Assembly (NCBI GenBank): GCA_900757655.1 | Contig: CAAEOT010000026.1 | Location: 20,476-84,475 of the forward strand | Direction of reading: 5' to 3' | From: an uncultured Oscillospiraceae bacterium | GTDB taxonomy: Bacteria > Bacillota > Clostridia > Oscillospirales > Oscillospiraceae | Length of the DNA stretch: 64,000 bases | Shown here: one piece after another, positions 40,800 through 49,899 of the stretch | How positions within the stretch are numbered: the first letter of the stretch is position 1 | Layout: every line of letters starts with the position of its first letter | The notes under the pieces: generated by a model | Databases searched by the model: none | What the model saw: the letters and a program-made list of their open reading frames with translations, nothing else | Told to the model about the DNA's origin: nothing | Made by a program: the position numbers and the translations under genes

Positions 40800-41645
40800 A
40801 TGAAAAAGATGACCAAAGTGATCTCGCTGGTGCTCGCACTGGTGATGTGCCTGGCACTGTGTGCCTGCGGCAAGAAGGAAGCAAGCTATAAGATGCTCGA
40901 CGAGAAAGTCTCCACCGAGCAGTACGCCATCGGCTTCAAGAAGGGCAACACCGAGCTGCGCGACGCCGTGCAGGCCGCCCTTTTCCAGCTCTACAAAGAC
41001 GGCAAGGTCGAAGAGATCGCCAAGAAGTATTCCGACTACAACCTCGACGCGATGCTCTGCCTCGACAAGCAGACCGAGACCACGTTTGACGCCGCGCAGG
41101 CGAGCGACGAGTTCAAGGCCCGCACGACCTTCACCGTCGGCTTCGATGCCGAGTATCCTCCGTATGGCTACATGGGCGCGGACGGCGAATACACCGGCTT
41201 TGACCTCGACCTGGCGCAGGCCGTGTGCGATATCTACAACTGGGAGCTCGTCAAGACCCCCATTGACTGGGACACCAAGGACGTCATCCTCAACGCCGGT
41301 CAGATCGACTGCATCTGGAACGGCTTCACGATGACCGGCCGCGAGGACAGCTACACGTTCAGCGTGCCGTACATTGACAACAGCATCGTCGTCGTCACGC
41401 TCGACAACTCCGGCATCAACTCCCTCGCGGACCTCAAGGACAAGACCGTCGTCGCGCAGGCCGGCTCCTCCGCGCTGAGCGCACTGGAAGATCCGGACGG
41501 CGCCAAGGATCTGGCAGATACCTTCAAGGAACTGCAGCAGACGCCTGACTACAACACCGCCATGATGAACCTCAAATCCGGTCTGGTGGACGCGGTCGCC
41601 ATCGACATCGGCGTCGCCCAGTACTACCTGAGCCAGCAGGGCTAA
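40800..41645 (+). CDS. Amino-acid ABC transporter substrate-binding lipoprotein (PBP type 3)
   Basis: Lipobox LALCACGKK. SBP_bac_3 fold. Confidence 0.8.
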   Translation: MKKMTKVISLVLALVMCLALCACGKKEASYKMLDEKVSTEQYAIGFKKGNTELRDAVQAALFQLYKDGKVEEIAKKYSDYNLDAMLCLDKQTETTFDAAQASDEFKARTTFTVGFDAEYPPYGYMGADGEYTGFDLDLAQAVCDIYNWELVKTPIDWDTKDVILNAGQIDCIWNGFTMTGREDSYTFSVPYIDNSIVVVTLDNSGINSLADLKDKTVVAQAGSSALSALEDPDGAKDLADTFKELQQTPDYNTAMMNLKSGLVDAVAIDIGVAQYYLSQQG

Positions 41646-41734
41646 GGTCCGTCAACACATATCAGAATCTGCTCCAAAGGACGGCGAAGTCACTTCGCCG
41701 CCCTTTGCCGCGGTTTCGGGAAAGGTAGGAAACC

Positions 41735-42385
41735 ATGTCATTTTCCATGATCTGCATCCAGCTGCTCAAGGGCCTTGGCTCCACGTGCCTGATCTTCGCG
41801 CTCACACTGCTGCTGTCGCTGCCGCTGGGCCTGCTGGTGTGCTTCGGGCGCATGTCCCGCTTCAAGCCCCTGCAATATGTTGTTCGCTTCTTCATTTCCA
41901 TTCTGCGCGGCACGCCGCTCATGCTGCAGCTAATCGTGGTGTGCTTTGCGCCGTTTTATGTCTTTGGCATGAAACTCACGGCGGGCTGGACGTTCGCCGC
42001 ACTCATCATCGGTTTCGTCATCAACTACGCGGCCTATTTTGCCGAGATCTACCGCGGCGGCATCGAGTCCATCCCCGTCGGCCAGTATGAGGCGGCCGAG
42101 GTGCTCGGCTACACGCGCGGGCAGACCTTCGGGCGCATCATCCTGCCGCAGATGGTCAAGCGCGTGCTGCCGCCGGTCACGAACGAGGTCATAACCCTCG
42201 TCAAGGACACGTCGCTGGCGTTCGTGCTGTCCTATGCTGAGATGTTCACCATCGCCAAGCGCGTGGCCAACTCCATCAGCAGCGTCATGCCGCTGTTCGT
42301 CGCGGGCCTGTTCTACTTTGTGTTCAATGCGATCGTGGCCTGGGCGATGGAGAAGATCGAAAAGCGCATGAGCTATTATCACTGA
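41735..42385 (+). CDS. Amino-acid ABC transporter permease (polar amino acid, His/Glu/Gln/Arg family)
   Basis: EAA-loop-like AAYFAEIYRGGIESIPVGQYEAAEVLG and 5 TM helices. Confidence 0.8.
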   Translation: MSFSMICIQLLKGLGSTCLIFALTLLLSLPLGLLVCFGRMSRFKPLQYVVRFFISILRGTPLMLQLIVVCFAPFYVFGMKLTAGWTFAALIIGFVINYAAYFAEIYRGGIESIPVGQYEAAEVLGYTRGQTFGRIILPQMVKRVLPPVTNEVITLVKDTSLAFVLSYAEMFTIAKRVANSISSVMPLFVAGLFYFVFNAIVAWAMEKIEKRMSYYH

Positions 42386-42400
42386 TCGGAGGGAGACACC

Positions 42401-43168
42401 ATGCCTGTATTGGAACTCAACCACATCCGCAAGCGCTTCGGCGATCTGGAAGTGCTGCAGGATATCTCGCTCTCGGTCGAAAAGGGCGAGGTCGTGGCCA
42501 TCATCGGCCCGAGCGGCAGCGGCAAATCCACGCTGCTGCGCTGCGCCACGCTGCTCGAGCGCATCGACTCCGGCGAGGTCTGCTTTGACGGACACTACGC
42601 CGCGCGCACGGGCGACGACGGCGCCGCCGTCTACGCCGACAAGGCAGAGCTCAAGCAGATCCGCAATTATTTCGGCCTTGTTTTTCAGCAGTTCAATCTC
42701 TTCCCGCACTACTCCGTGCTCAAAAACGTCATGGACGCGCCCATCTGCGTCCAGAAGCGCGAGCGTGCGGAGGTCGAGGCATCCGCGCGCAAAACGCTCG
42801 AGAAGATGGGCCTTGGCGACAAGGCCGATGCCTATCCGTGCCAGCTCTCCGGCGGCCAGCAGCAGCGCGTGGCCATCGCGCGCGCGCTGGAGATGAACCC
42901 CGAGATCCTGTTTTTCGACGAGCCGACCTCCGCGCTCGACCCCGAGCTCACGGGCGAGGTGCTCAAGGTCATCCGCGCGCTCGCCGAGGAGCACATGACT
43001 ATGGTCATCGTCACGCACGAGATGGCGTTTGCCCGCGCCGTGGCTGATAAGGTCATCTTCATGGACGGCGGCGTCATCGTCGAGCAGGGCGCGCCCGAGC
43101 AGGTCTTCGGCGACACGCAGCAGGCGCGCACGAAGCAGTTCCTCGCGCGCTATAACGAGCGGCCGTGA
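42401..43168 (+). CDS. Amino-acid ABC transporter ATP-binding protein (GlnQ-like)
   Basis: Walker [10 protein letters not shown], signature LSGGQQQRV, Walker B LFFDEP. Confidence 0.9.
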   Translation: MPVLELNHIRKRFGDLEVLQDISLSVEKGEVVAIIGPSGSGKSTLLRCATLLERIDSGEVCFDGHYAARTGDDGAAVYADKAELKQIRNYFGLVFQQFNLFPHYSVLKNVMDAPICVQKRERAEVEASARKTLEKMGLGDKADAYPCQLSGGQQQRVAIARALEMNPEILFFDEPTSALDPELTGEVLKVIRALAEEHMTMVIVTHEMAFARAVADKVIFMDGGVIVEQGAPEQVFGDTQQARTKQFLARYNERP

Positions 43169-43201
43169 CAAAAATGTAAGAGAAAATTCAGCTTTTCCCT
43201 C

Positions 43202-43262
43202 TTGCACGGCCGTGCGAGATTCGGTATGATAAAAAGCGCATCGGGTCCCGGTGCGCTTTTTT
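43202..43262 (+). promoter_or_regulatory. sigma-70 promoter (TTGCAC-17-TATGAT) immediately followed by a terminator-like hairpin, upstream of a second SBP gene
   Basis: TTGCAC at 43202-43207, TATGAT at 43225-43230, hairpin AAAAAGCGCA-TCGGGTCCCG-GTGCGCTTTTTT at 43232-43262. Confidence 0.4.
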
Positions 43263-43286
43263 GATTTTGATTTGGGAGGGCTTCCC

Positions 43287-44111
43287 TTGAAGCATACAAA
43301 ACGGATCGCGGCGCTGCTGCTTGCGCTCGCGCTGTGTTTTTCCTGTGCAGCGTGCAGCAAGACGGTCGGCAGCTACCGCGTGGTCAAGACGCTCGGCACG
43401 GAGCAGTTTCGCATCGGCTTTCGCGACGGAGATCAGGCGGCGGTGTATGTCAATGCCGCACTCAAGGTCCTCGCGGCCGACGGGACGATCCACAGCCTCG
43501 CGCTCAAGTGGTTCGGCACGGACGACACGACCTTTGACAGCGACGCCAATGCGCTCGACGCGCTTGGCGACATTCCGCAGCGCACGTTCATCATGGGCCT
43601 GAACGAGGAGCGCTTTCCCATGAGCTATGCCGACGGCGACGGTTACAGTGGCTTTGATGTCGAGCTTGCGCAGGCGGTCTGCGCCCGCCTCGGTTGGACG
43701 CTGCAGTATCAGCCGATCTCGAATCAGAACGCCTATGTCGAGCTCTCGAGCGGCAATGTCGACTGCGCCTGGGGCGGCATGGTGCTCGACCAGACCGACA
43801 GCAAGGACAGCAAGAACAAGAAAAAGCAGAAGATGACGCTCACCGCGCCCTATCTTGAAAATGAGCTGCAGCTCATCGTGCGCGGCGACTCGAAATACCG
43901 CACCACCGGCAGCCTCAAGGGCACGACCGTCCTGCTCGGCACGGACGAGACGTACATGGCCGCCCTCTCGGCCGACGAGAAGCTCCTGAAGCATTTCGGC
44001 GCGGCGCAGCGTGTCACCGGCGGGTCGAAGGCGTGCTTTGAGGCGCTCTCGGCCGGGTCGTGCGCCGCCATCGTGGCCGACAGCACGGCCCTCGCTTATT
44101 ATACGCACTGA
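43287..44111 (+). CDS. Second amino-acid ABC substrate-binding lipoprotein (PBP type 3), orphan
   Basis: TTG start after a GGGAGGG RBS (the track ORF start at GTG 43251 lies inside the terminator hairpin). Lipobox LALCFSCAAC. SBP_bac_3 fold. Confidence 0.7.
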   Translation: MKHTKRIAALLLALALCFSCAACSKTVGSYRVVKTLGTEQFRIGFRDGDQAAVYVNAALKVLAADGTIHSLALKWFGTDDTTFDSDANALDALGDIPQRTFIMGLNEERFPMSYADGDGYSGFDVELAQAVCARLGWTLQYQPISNQNAYVELSSGNVDCAWGGMVLDQTDSKDSKNKKKQKMTLTAPYLENELQLIVRGDSKYRTTGSLKGTTVLLGTDETYMAALSADEKLLKHFGAAQRVTGGSKACFEALSAGSCAAIVADSTALAYYTH

Positions 44112-44118
44112 CCGTCTG

Positions 44119-44152
44119 GCCGCCCGCGCGGGGCTCTGCGCGGGCGGCTTTT
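44119..44152 (+). terminator. Intrinsic terminator after the SBP2 gene
   Basis: GGCCGCCCGCGCGGGGCTCTGCGCGGGCGGCTTTTCG. Confidence 0.6.
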
Positions 44153-44291
44153 CGTGTCATGGCCGCGCTTTTTCGCCCCGGTTTGCAAAAAGGGTTCCCG
44201 CTTTTGCGTCAACTGTGCTATACTGACTGTGTCCGCGCCTGCCGAACTGGCGGAATTTTTCACTTGCGCGGGCAGAAACACAGGTACGCCT

Positions 44292-45704
44292 ATGTCGAAC
44301 AGCAACAATAAATACAAAACCCTCGTGTCCAACACCATGCTCATCAGTCTCGGCACCTTCGGCAGCAAGCTGCTGGTGTTTTTCATGGTGCGCTTTTACA
44401 CGAGCTATCTTACCCCAGCGGACTACGGCACCGCCGATCTCATCACGCAGACGGCCAATCTGCTCTTCCCGCTCATCAGCCTCGGCATCACGGACGGCGT
44501 GTTCCGTTTCGCCGTGGACCACACAGAGCAGCGGCGCAACATCTTCTCCGTCGGCGTGTATACGATTCTGGCGGGCGCCGTGCTGCTCGTGGCCATTTTG
44601 CCGCTGCTGGGGCTCTTCCCGCAGTTTGACGGGTTCCTCTGGCTGATCGCACTGTACACGATGTGCTCGTGCTTCCACTCGCTGTGTGCGCAGTTCGTGC
44701 GCGCCGAGGGACACACGGCGCTCTTCGCCGTGCAGGGCATGATCAACACCGTGCTCGTCATCGGGCTCAACGTGCTCTTCCTCGTCGGTCTGCGCATGGG
44801 CATCACGGGCTATGTGCTCTCCGTCGCGCTGGCGGATCTGGCGTGCACGCTGCTTCTGTTCGTGCGCGAGCGGCTCTGGCGCCAGCTCATGCTCCGCCCG
44901 GGCTGGGCTGCCGCGCGCGAAATGCTGGCCTACAGCATTCCCATGATCCCGACAACGGTGTTCTGGTGGATCACGAGCGTGTCCGACCGCTACATGGTCA
45001 CGGCCTACCTCGGCGTGGACGCCAACGGTATTTACGCCGTGTCCTACAAGATGCCGACGATCCTGTCGCTCGTGTCGGGCATTTTCATGGAGGCGTGGCA
45101 GTTTTCCGCCGTCTCGGAGGCGCAGGGCAGCCGGCGCGAGCACATCCGCTTCTTCTCGAAGGTCTGGTGCTCGTTCCAGTCGGTGATGTTCCTTGCCGGC
45201 GCGTGCATCATCGCCTTCGCCGTGCCGGAGATCCATGTGCTCACGACCGAGCAGTATTACGGCGCGTGGCTGTATGTGCCGGTGCTCGGCATGGCCATGG
45301 TCTTTTCCGCGTTCGTGAGCTACCTCGGCAGCGTCTACATGGTCGAAAAGTGCAGCAAGCGCACGTTCGTCACATCCATGATCGGCGCGCTGCTCAACAT
45401 CGCGCTCAACTTCCTGCTCATCCCGTCGAAGCTCGGCGTGCAGGGCGCGGCCATCGCCACGTGCGCAAGCTATTTTGTCGTGTTTGTCATCCGGGCAGTG
45501 GATGCGCGCAAGTTCATCCCGTTCCGGTTTTATGTTGTGGGCGTCACGGAAAACTGCATCCTGGTGACGGTGCAGACGCTCTTCATCGTCCTGCAGCTTC
45601 CGGGCTGGAAGATCGCGCAGGCAGTGTGCATCTTACTGCTGCTCCTGCTCAACCGTAAGCCGCTTCTGGCCGGCGCGGGAAAGATCGTCCGCTTCCGCCG
45701 CTGA
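44292..45704 (+). CDS. MOP-superfamily polysaccharide biosynthesis protein / oligosaccharide flippase (Wzx/MurJ/SpoVB-like)
   Basis: Trimmed to MSNSNNKYKTLVSNTMLISLGTFGSKLL... 12-14 TM helices. Polysacc_synt family N-terminus. Extended -10 TGcTATACT at about 44216-44228. Confidence 0.75.
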   Translation: MSNSNNKYKTLVSNTMLISLGTFGSKLLVFFMVRFYTSYLTPADYGTADLITQTANLLFPLISLGITDGVFRFAVDHTEQRRNIFSVGVYTILAGAVLLVAILPLLGLFPQFDGFLWLIALYTMCSCFHSLCAQFVRAEGHTALFAVQGMINTVLVIGLNVLFLVGLRMGITGYVLSVALADLACTLLLFVRERLWRQLMLRPGWAAAREMLAYSIPMIPTTVFWWITSVSDRYMVTAYLGVDANGIYAVSYKMPTILSLVSGIFMEAWQFSAVSEAQGSRREHIRFFSKVWCSFQSVMFLAGACIIAFAVPEIHVLTTEQYYGAWLYVPVLGMAMVFSAFVSYLGSVYMVEKCSKRTFVTSMIGALLNIALNFLLIPSKLGVQGAAIATCASYFVVFVIRAVDARKFIPFRFYVVGVTENCILVTVQTLFIVLQLPGWKIAQAVCILLLLLLNRKPLLAGAGKIVRFRR

Positions 45705-45729
45705 CGCAACGATTTGGAGGATTTGTAAT

Positions 45730-46206
45730 TTGAAGATTTGGAACAGCCTGTTTGGGAAGATCGTCATGACCTTTCTCATCTCCATGGTGCCGGTGCTTGA
45801 GCTGCGCGGTGCGATCCCGATCGGCGTGGCGCATGGCCTGGATTACCGCATCGCCATCGCGGTGTCCATCCTCGGCAACCTCGTGCCGGTGCCGTTCATT
45901 GTGCTCTTCATCCGCAAGATCTTTGCCTGGCTGCGCACGAAGAGCGAGCGGCTCAACGGCTTTGTCACGCGCATGGAGCAGCGCGCGCTCAAAAAGTCGG
46001 ACACCGTGCGCCGTGCGCGCTTCTGGGGTCTGTTCATTTTTGTGGCCATTCCGCTGCCGGGCACCGGCGCGTGGACGGGCTCGCTCATCGCGGCCATGCT
46101 GGAGATGCGCGTTAAGGAGGCCTTCCCGCCGATCGCGCTCGGTGTTGTCACGGCCGGTGTCATCGTCGCCGTCGTGACGTATGGCGCGGCGTCGCTGCTG
46201 TTTTAG
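45730..46206 (+). CDS. COG2426-family small multi-pass membrane protein (putative small multidrug export protein)
   Basis: TTG start after a GGAGGA RBS. Motif VLELRGAIPIG and 4 TM helices. Confidence 0.55.
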   Translation: MKIWNSLFGKIVMTFLISMVPVLELRGAIPIGVAHGLDYRIAIAVSILGNLVPVPFIVLFIRKIFAWLRTKSERLNGFVTRMEQRALKKSDTVRRARFWGLFIFVAIPLPGTGAWTGSLIAAMLEMRVKEAFPPIALGVVTAGVIVAVVTYGAASLLF

Positions 46207-46286
46207 CTCCAACGAGGACCACTGCGCCGGGCTTTTGTTGGAAAAGGCTGCGGGCGCGAACGCCGGAAGGCTTTTTGACGCACGCA

Positions 46287-46325
46287 AAAAATCCCGCTGT
46301 CCCATGGGACAGCGGGATTCTTTTA
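46287..46325. terminator. Bidirectional terminator between the COG2426 gene and pckG
   Basis: AAAAAATCCCGCTGTCCCATGGGACAGCGGGATTCTTTT. Confidence 0.75.
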
Positions 46326-46333
46326 TGTACCTG

Positions 46334-48103
46334 TTACTCGGCAAACGCTTTTTCCAGTGCCTCGAGTTCCTCGCGCAGCTCGTGCGGCAACTTGTCGCCG
46401 AACTGCTCGAAGTATTCGCGGATGCCCGCGCAGTTTTCGCGCCAGCTTTCGGCGTCGAGCGTCAGCAGCTCCCTGAGCGTCTCGACCGTCACGCCGCTGC
46501 CGTCGAGGTTGATGTCCTCGGGCTTCGGCTCGTAGCCGATGACCGTCTCGTCCGCGCCCACTTCGTCAAAGCAGCGCTTGAGGATCCACTCGAGCACGCG
46601 CAGGTTGTCGCCGAAGCCCGGCCACAGGAAGCGGCCGTTGTCGTCCGTGCGGAACCAGTTGACGTTGAAGATCTTCGGCGCGTTTGGCAGCTTCTCGCCC
46701 ATGTCGAGCCAGTGCTGCCAGTAGTCGGCCATATTGTAGCCGCAGAACGGGCGCATGGCCATCGGGTCGCGGCGCACAACGCCCACGGCGCCGGTCGCGG
46801 CGGCCGTTGTCTCAGACGCCATCGTCGCGCCGACGAATACACCGTGCGCCCAGTCGCGGGACTGGTAGACCAGCGGGGCGGTCTTTGCGCGGCGGCCGCC
46901 GAAGATGATCGCGCTGATCGGCACGCCGGTGCCCTTGAAGAACTCCTCGCTGATGCACGGGCAGTTTTCCGCCGGTGCGGTGAAGCGGCTGTTCGGGTGC
47001 GCGCCGCGCGTGCCGTCGCTGCCGTCCCACACCTCGCCCTTCCAGTTGCGCAGGTGGCCCTTGGGCGGCTGTTTGGTCATGCCCTCCCACCAGACGGTCA
47101 TGTCGTCCTCATTGAGCACGACGTTCGTGAAGATGGTGTTTTTGCTCGTGGATGCGAGCGCATTCGGGTTGGATTTCTGGCTTGTGCCGGGGGCGACGCC
47201 GAAGAAGCCGTTTTCCGGGTTCACGGCCCAGAGGCGGCCGTCCGGGCCGACGCGCAGCCAGGCGATGTCGTCGCCGACGGTCCAGCACTTCCAGCCGTTT
47301 TTGCGGTAGCCCTCGGGCGGAATGAGCATGGCGAGGTTCGTCTTGCCGCACGCGGACGGGAACGCGCCCGTCACATAACGCACTTCGCCCTTGGGATTCT
47401 GGATACCGAGGATGAGCATGTGCTCAGCCAGCCACCCCTCGCGGCGGCCGAGCACGGAGGCGATGCGCAGCGAGAAGCACTTTTTGCCCTGCAGCACGTT
47501 GCCACCGTAGTTGGAGTTGACGGAGATGATCTTGTTCTCCTCCGGGAAGTGGACGATGTAGCGATTCTCGGGGTCGAGCGTGACCTTGGAGTGCACGCCG
47601 AGGATGACGTCGCTGCTGTCGCCGAGCGCCTCGAGCACCTTCGTGCCGATGCGCGTCATGATGGCCATGTTCAGCACGACGTAGATCGAGTCCGTGACCT
47701 CGATGCCGTACTTGGCAAACGGGGAGCCGATCACGCCCATGGCGTAGGGGATGACATACATCGTGCGGCCGGCCATGGCGCCGCGCAAAATCTCGTGCAG
47801 CTTGGCCTTCATCTCGTCCGGATCCATCCAGTTATTTGTGGGGCCGGCCTCTTCGCGGGTCCTGGAGCAGATAAATGTCCGGCCCTCGACACGCGCCACG
47901 TCGTTGACGTCGCTGCGATTGAGATAGCAGCCGGGCAGTTTTTCTTCATTGAGTTTGATGAGCTCGCCGGTTTCCACGGCGATTTTGCGCAGGGATTTGA
48001 GCTGGGCCTCCGAGCCGTCGATCCAGACGATCTCTTTCGGGGTCGTGAGTTCGGCGGTTTTCCGCACCAGCTCCAGTACGGACGGGTTTTGCGTCAGTTC
48101 CAT
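46334..48103 (-). CDS. pckG: Phosphoenolpyruvate carboxykinase (GTP)
   Basis: PEPCK_GTP family throughout. Kinase-1a motif FPSACGKTN. Confidence 0.95.
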   Translation of the reverse strand: MELTQNPSVLELVRKTAELTTPKEIVWIDGSEAQLKSLRKIAVETGELIKLNEEKLPGCYLNRSDVNDVARVEGRTFICSRTREEAGPTNNWMDPDEMKAKLHEILRGAMAGRTMYVIPYAMGVIGSPFAKYGIEVTDSIYVVLNMAIMTRIGTKVLEALGDSSDVILGVHSKVTLDPENRYIVHFPEENKIISVNSNYGGNVLQGKKCFSLRIASVLGRREGWLAEHMLILGIQNPKGEVRYVTGAFPSACGKTNLAMLIPPEGYRKNGWKCWTVGDDIAWLRVGPDGRLWAVNPENGFFGVAPGTSQKSNPNALASTSKNTIFTNVVLNEDDMTVWWEGMTKQPPKGHLRNWKGEVWDGSDGTRGAHPNSRFTAPAENCPCISEEFFKGTGVPISAIIFGGRRAKTAPLVYQSRDWAHGVFVGATMASETTAAATGAVGVVRRDPMAMRPFCGYNMADYWQHWLDMGEKLPNAPKIFNVNWFRTDDNGRFLWPGFGDNLRVLEWILKRCFDEVGADETVIGYEPKPEDINLDGSGVTVETLRELLTLDAESWRENCAGIREYFEQFGDKLPHELREELEALEKAFAE

Positions 48104-48299
48104 GTTGTCAGCTTCTCCTTTTTGACTAAAATTTCTCGACCTTGATCCGTATCTATACTACATTTCTCTGAAAATACCTTACACCATCCCGCCGCGCCTG
48201 TAAACCCCAAAACGGAAACTTTCCCTGTGAACCTTTTCACACAGGCGCATTTGTGCTACAATGCGCACAGACATTTCCAATCCGAAGGAGGAAAGCCCC

Positions 48300-48761
48300 A
48301 TGTGGAAAACCGTTGCGCCGGCGGCGGCAGTGCTGACAGCCGAGGCGGTCATCCGGCGCAAGATCAACGCCCTGCCGGCCGAGACCTTCCCGCTGCGCAT
48401 CGGGCGGCGCGTGCAGCTGCGCCGGGCGCACAACCGCGGCCTGCTGTGCAGCAAGCTCGCGCAAAAGCCGCGGGCGGCCGCTGCGCTGCAGACTGTGTCT
48501 GCTGCTGCGCTCGCGGCCATGGCGGCCGTGTGTGTCTGCCGCCGGAGCGGCACGGCGCTGCAGATCGGCATGGGCCTGATGCTCGGCGGCGCGCTGGCCA
48601 ACCTCATCGAGCGCTGGGCGCGCGGGTCGGTCACGGACTATGTGTACCTGCCGCGTGCGGTCATCCCGTTTTTCCGGCGCATCATCTGGAACGCGGCCGA
48701 CCTGAGCGTCCTGACCGGCTGCATCACGGCAGTGATCGCACTGCTGTGCGAAAAATTGTAA
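48300..48761 (+). CDS. lspA: Lipoprotein signal peptidase (signal peptidase II)
   Basis: Trimmed to MWKTVAPAAAVL.. (GGAGGAAA RBS). LspA motifs GGALANLIERW..GSVTDYV and FFRRIIWNAADLSV (asparagine/aspartate catalytic pair). Confidence 0.75.
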   Translation: MWKTVAPAAAVLTAEAVIRRKINALPAETFPLRIGRRVQLRRAHNRGLLCSKLAQKPRAAAALQTVSAAALAAMAAVCVCRRSGTALQIGMGLMLGGALANLIERWARGSVTDYVYLPRAVIPFFRRIIWNAADLSVLTGCITAVIALLCEKL

Positions 48762-48935
48762 TTATGTCAACTAAATTATGTAAATTTATTTGGCAAAGTA
48801 ACAAAGGCTCAAAATGGATGAAAATGTAGCATAATACTGCGTATTGTGACGGATAAGGTATTCGTTTTATTGTTGCATATACAAAATTATGTAAACTAGA
48901 ATTATGTAAACAAATTGGGCGCACTAACAAAGCCT
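48762..48935. repeat. AT-rich iteron module duplicated about 115 bp apart: ATTATGT(C/A)AA-N4/5-ATTATGTAAA ... TTGG(C/G) ... TAACAAAG(G/C)C
   Basis: ATTATGTCAA at 48762, ATTATGTAAA at 48775, 48886 and 48901. TAACAAAGGC at 48799 and TAACAAAGCC at 48925. Confidence 0.55.
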
Positions 48936-49040
48936 TCCCCTTGAGGGGAAGGTGCCGAGCTGTGTTCGGCGGATGAGGTGGAAAGGTTACGTTTTCCCCG
49001 GCGCCTTCGGCAGTGCGGTGCATTCCATAAGGTATCTGCG

Positions 49041-49074
49041 CAGCAGGGGAGCACGAGGGGGCAAGGCCCTCTCG
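49041..49074 (+). repeat. Copy B of the recurrent GC-rich stem-loop element
   Basis: GCAGCAGGGGAGCACGAGGGGGCAAGGCCCTCTCG. Confidence 0.6.
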
Positions 49075-49133
49075 TAAGAAATCGAGCTGTTTTTTGGCAG
49101 CGGTACACCCAGCCGCAAAATATTCCGTCCATA

Positions 49134-49178
49134 GAGCAGCAGGGGAGCACGAGGGGGCAAGGTCCGCCTCGTAATGGA
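49134..49178 (+). repeat. Copy C of the recurrent GC-rich stem-loop element (followed by a 13-bp perfect hairpin, a second hairpin and a terminator)
   Basis: GAGCAGCAGGGGAGCACGAGGGGGCAAGGTCCGCCTCG-TAATGGATTC. Confidence 0.6.
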
Positions 49179-49258
49179 TTCGGCTATCTTTTTGCCTTTC
49201 AGACAAAAAGATAGCCCCTTGCTCCAACATCGGAACAAGGGGCTATCCTGCCGTGTTC

Positions 49259-49295
49259 GGTTCCATCACCAGAACCTCCTTTTGTTTTCTTTTCC
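49259..49295 (+). terminator. Plus-strand intrinsic terminator inside the non-coding island
   Basis: GGTTC-CATCACCA-GAACC followed by TCCTTTTGTTTTCTTTTCC. Confidence 0.5.
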
Positions 49296-49519
49296 TGCCG
49301 TGTGCAGAGGTTTCGCGCTGCACGCGGACTCCGACCGCCGGGAAGGAACATGCGTTTGCAAGATTCCGCACCACTGCGTGCCGTCTCCGGAATGACAGAA
49401 CCCTGTCTGCTTCCGGACGATTCAGTACATCGGACTCACCTCCATCGATTGCGCTGAACCTGTATTCTAAAGGCGCTGCCCCTCGTGAGGGGCTGCTGCT
49501 CTTCTCTGGTTCTGGCTAC

Positions 49520-49548
49520 AGTATAGCAGTGCGTCTTCTTTTTGTCAA
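49520..49548 (-). promoter_or_regulatory. Consensus sigma-70 promoter on the minus strand (TTGACA-17-TATACT) firing leftward into the non-coding island
   Basis: Plus-strand TGTCAA at 49543-49548 and AGTATA at 49520-49525, with exactly 17 nt between them. Confidence 0.5.
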
Positions 49549-49717
49549 TGATTTAATTAACAAAAATTGAATGAAATGTTCAGTAAAAACGCCGAATTTT
49601 TCACTGCCTCGTGCCAACGCCCCTGCATGCGGGGCGCTGGCAAATCCTCCGCGCGGCGCGCAAAAGGAAAACCGCCGTGCGTGTCCGTCGGCGCACAGCG
49701 GCAGCAGCTTCGGTTCA

Positions 49718-49777
49718 GCGGTCGCTCGGAGCGGCGCTCTGGCCGCCGAAGATCCAGTCGTCGAGGTCCTGGCCCAT
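49718..49777 (-). CDS. Candidate 20-codon sORF (MGQDLDDWIFGGQSAAPSDR) with strong Shine-Dalgarno
   Basis: GGGAGGTGaaaacacATG, in-frame TGA at 49715-49717. Not in the ORF track because it is below 60 aa. Confidence 0.25.
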
Positions 49778-49870
49778 GTGTTTTCACCTCCCGGATGATT
49801 CGCATACGGCCATTGTATGTGCCGCGGCGCGAAAAAATGCACGAACCGGCGCAGCCGAACTAGAAAGAAC

Positions 49871-49899
49871 TTGAAACCGTCGGCCGTTTGCGCTATAAT
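49871..49899 (+). promoter_or_regulatory. Consensus sigma-70 promoter for the PpiC-type isomerase gene (TTGAAA-17-TATAAT); leader contains the palindrome TTTCCGGAAA
   Basis: TTGAAA at 49871-49876 and TATAAT at 49894-49899. Palindrome TTTTCCGGAAAC at about 49908-49919. Confidence 0.55.

Larger units (their letters stand above)
48762..49560. other. Gene-free, lower-GC structured island (candidate large ncRNA or long structured lspA 3'-UTR): AT-rich iterons, two copies of the recurrent GC stem-loop element, several perfect hairpins, a plus-strand terminator and a minus-strand consensus promoter
   Basis: No ORF with plausible codon usage. Hairpins at 48933-48952, 49182-49216 and 49213-49244. Element copies at 49041 and 49134. 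Confidence 0.5.

Noticed and set aside
44238-44291. Leader of the MOP flippase gene with alternative pairings CCGCGCC...GGCGCGG versus GCCGAACTGGC+TTTTT as an attenuator
   Set aside because: The stems are short (4-6 bp) and the U-tract is only 5 nt, too weak to call without conservation evidence.
48762-49560. Possible tmRNA, RNase P RNA, SRP RNA or CRISPR array in the non-coding island
   Set aside because: I looked for tmRNA ends (GGGG..GUAACGG.. and GGACGGGGGUUCGAUUCCCC..CCA), the RNase P GGAAAGUCCGGGCUCC block and the SRP domain IV motif GGUCCGGAAGGAAGCAGC, and found none. The closest, CGTCCGGAAGCAGACAGGG, lacks the conserved GGA and helix context. The repeats are not regularly spaced repeat-spacer units.
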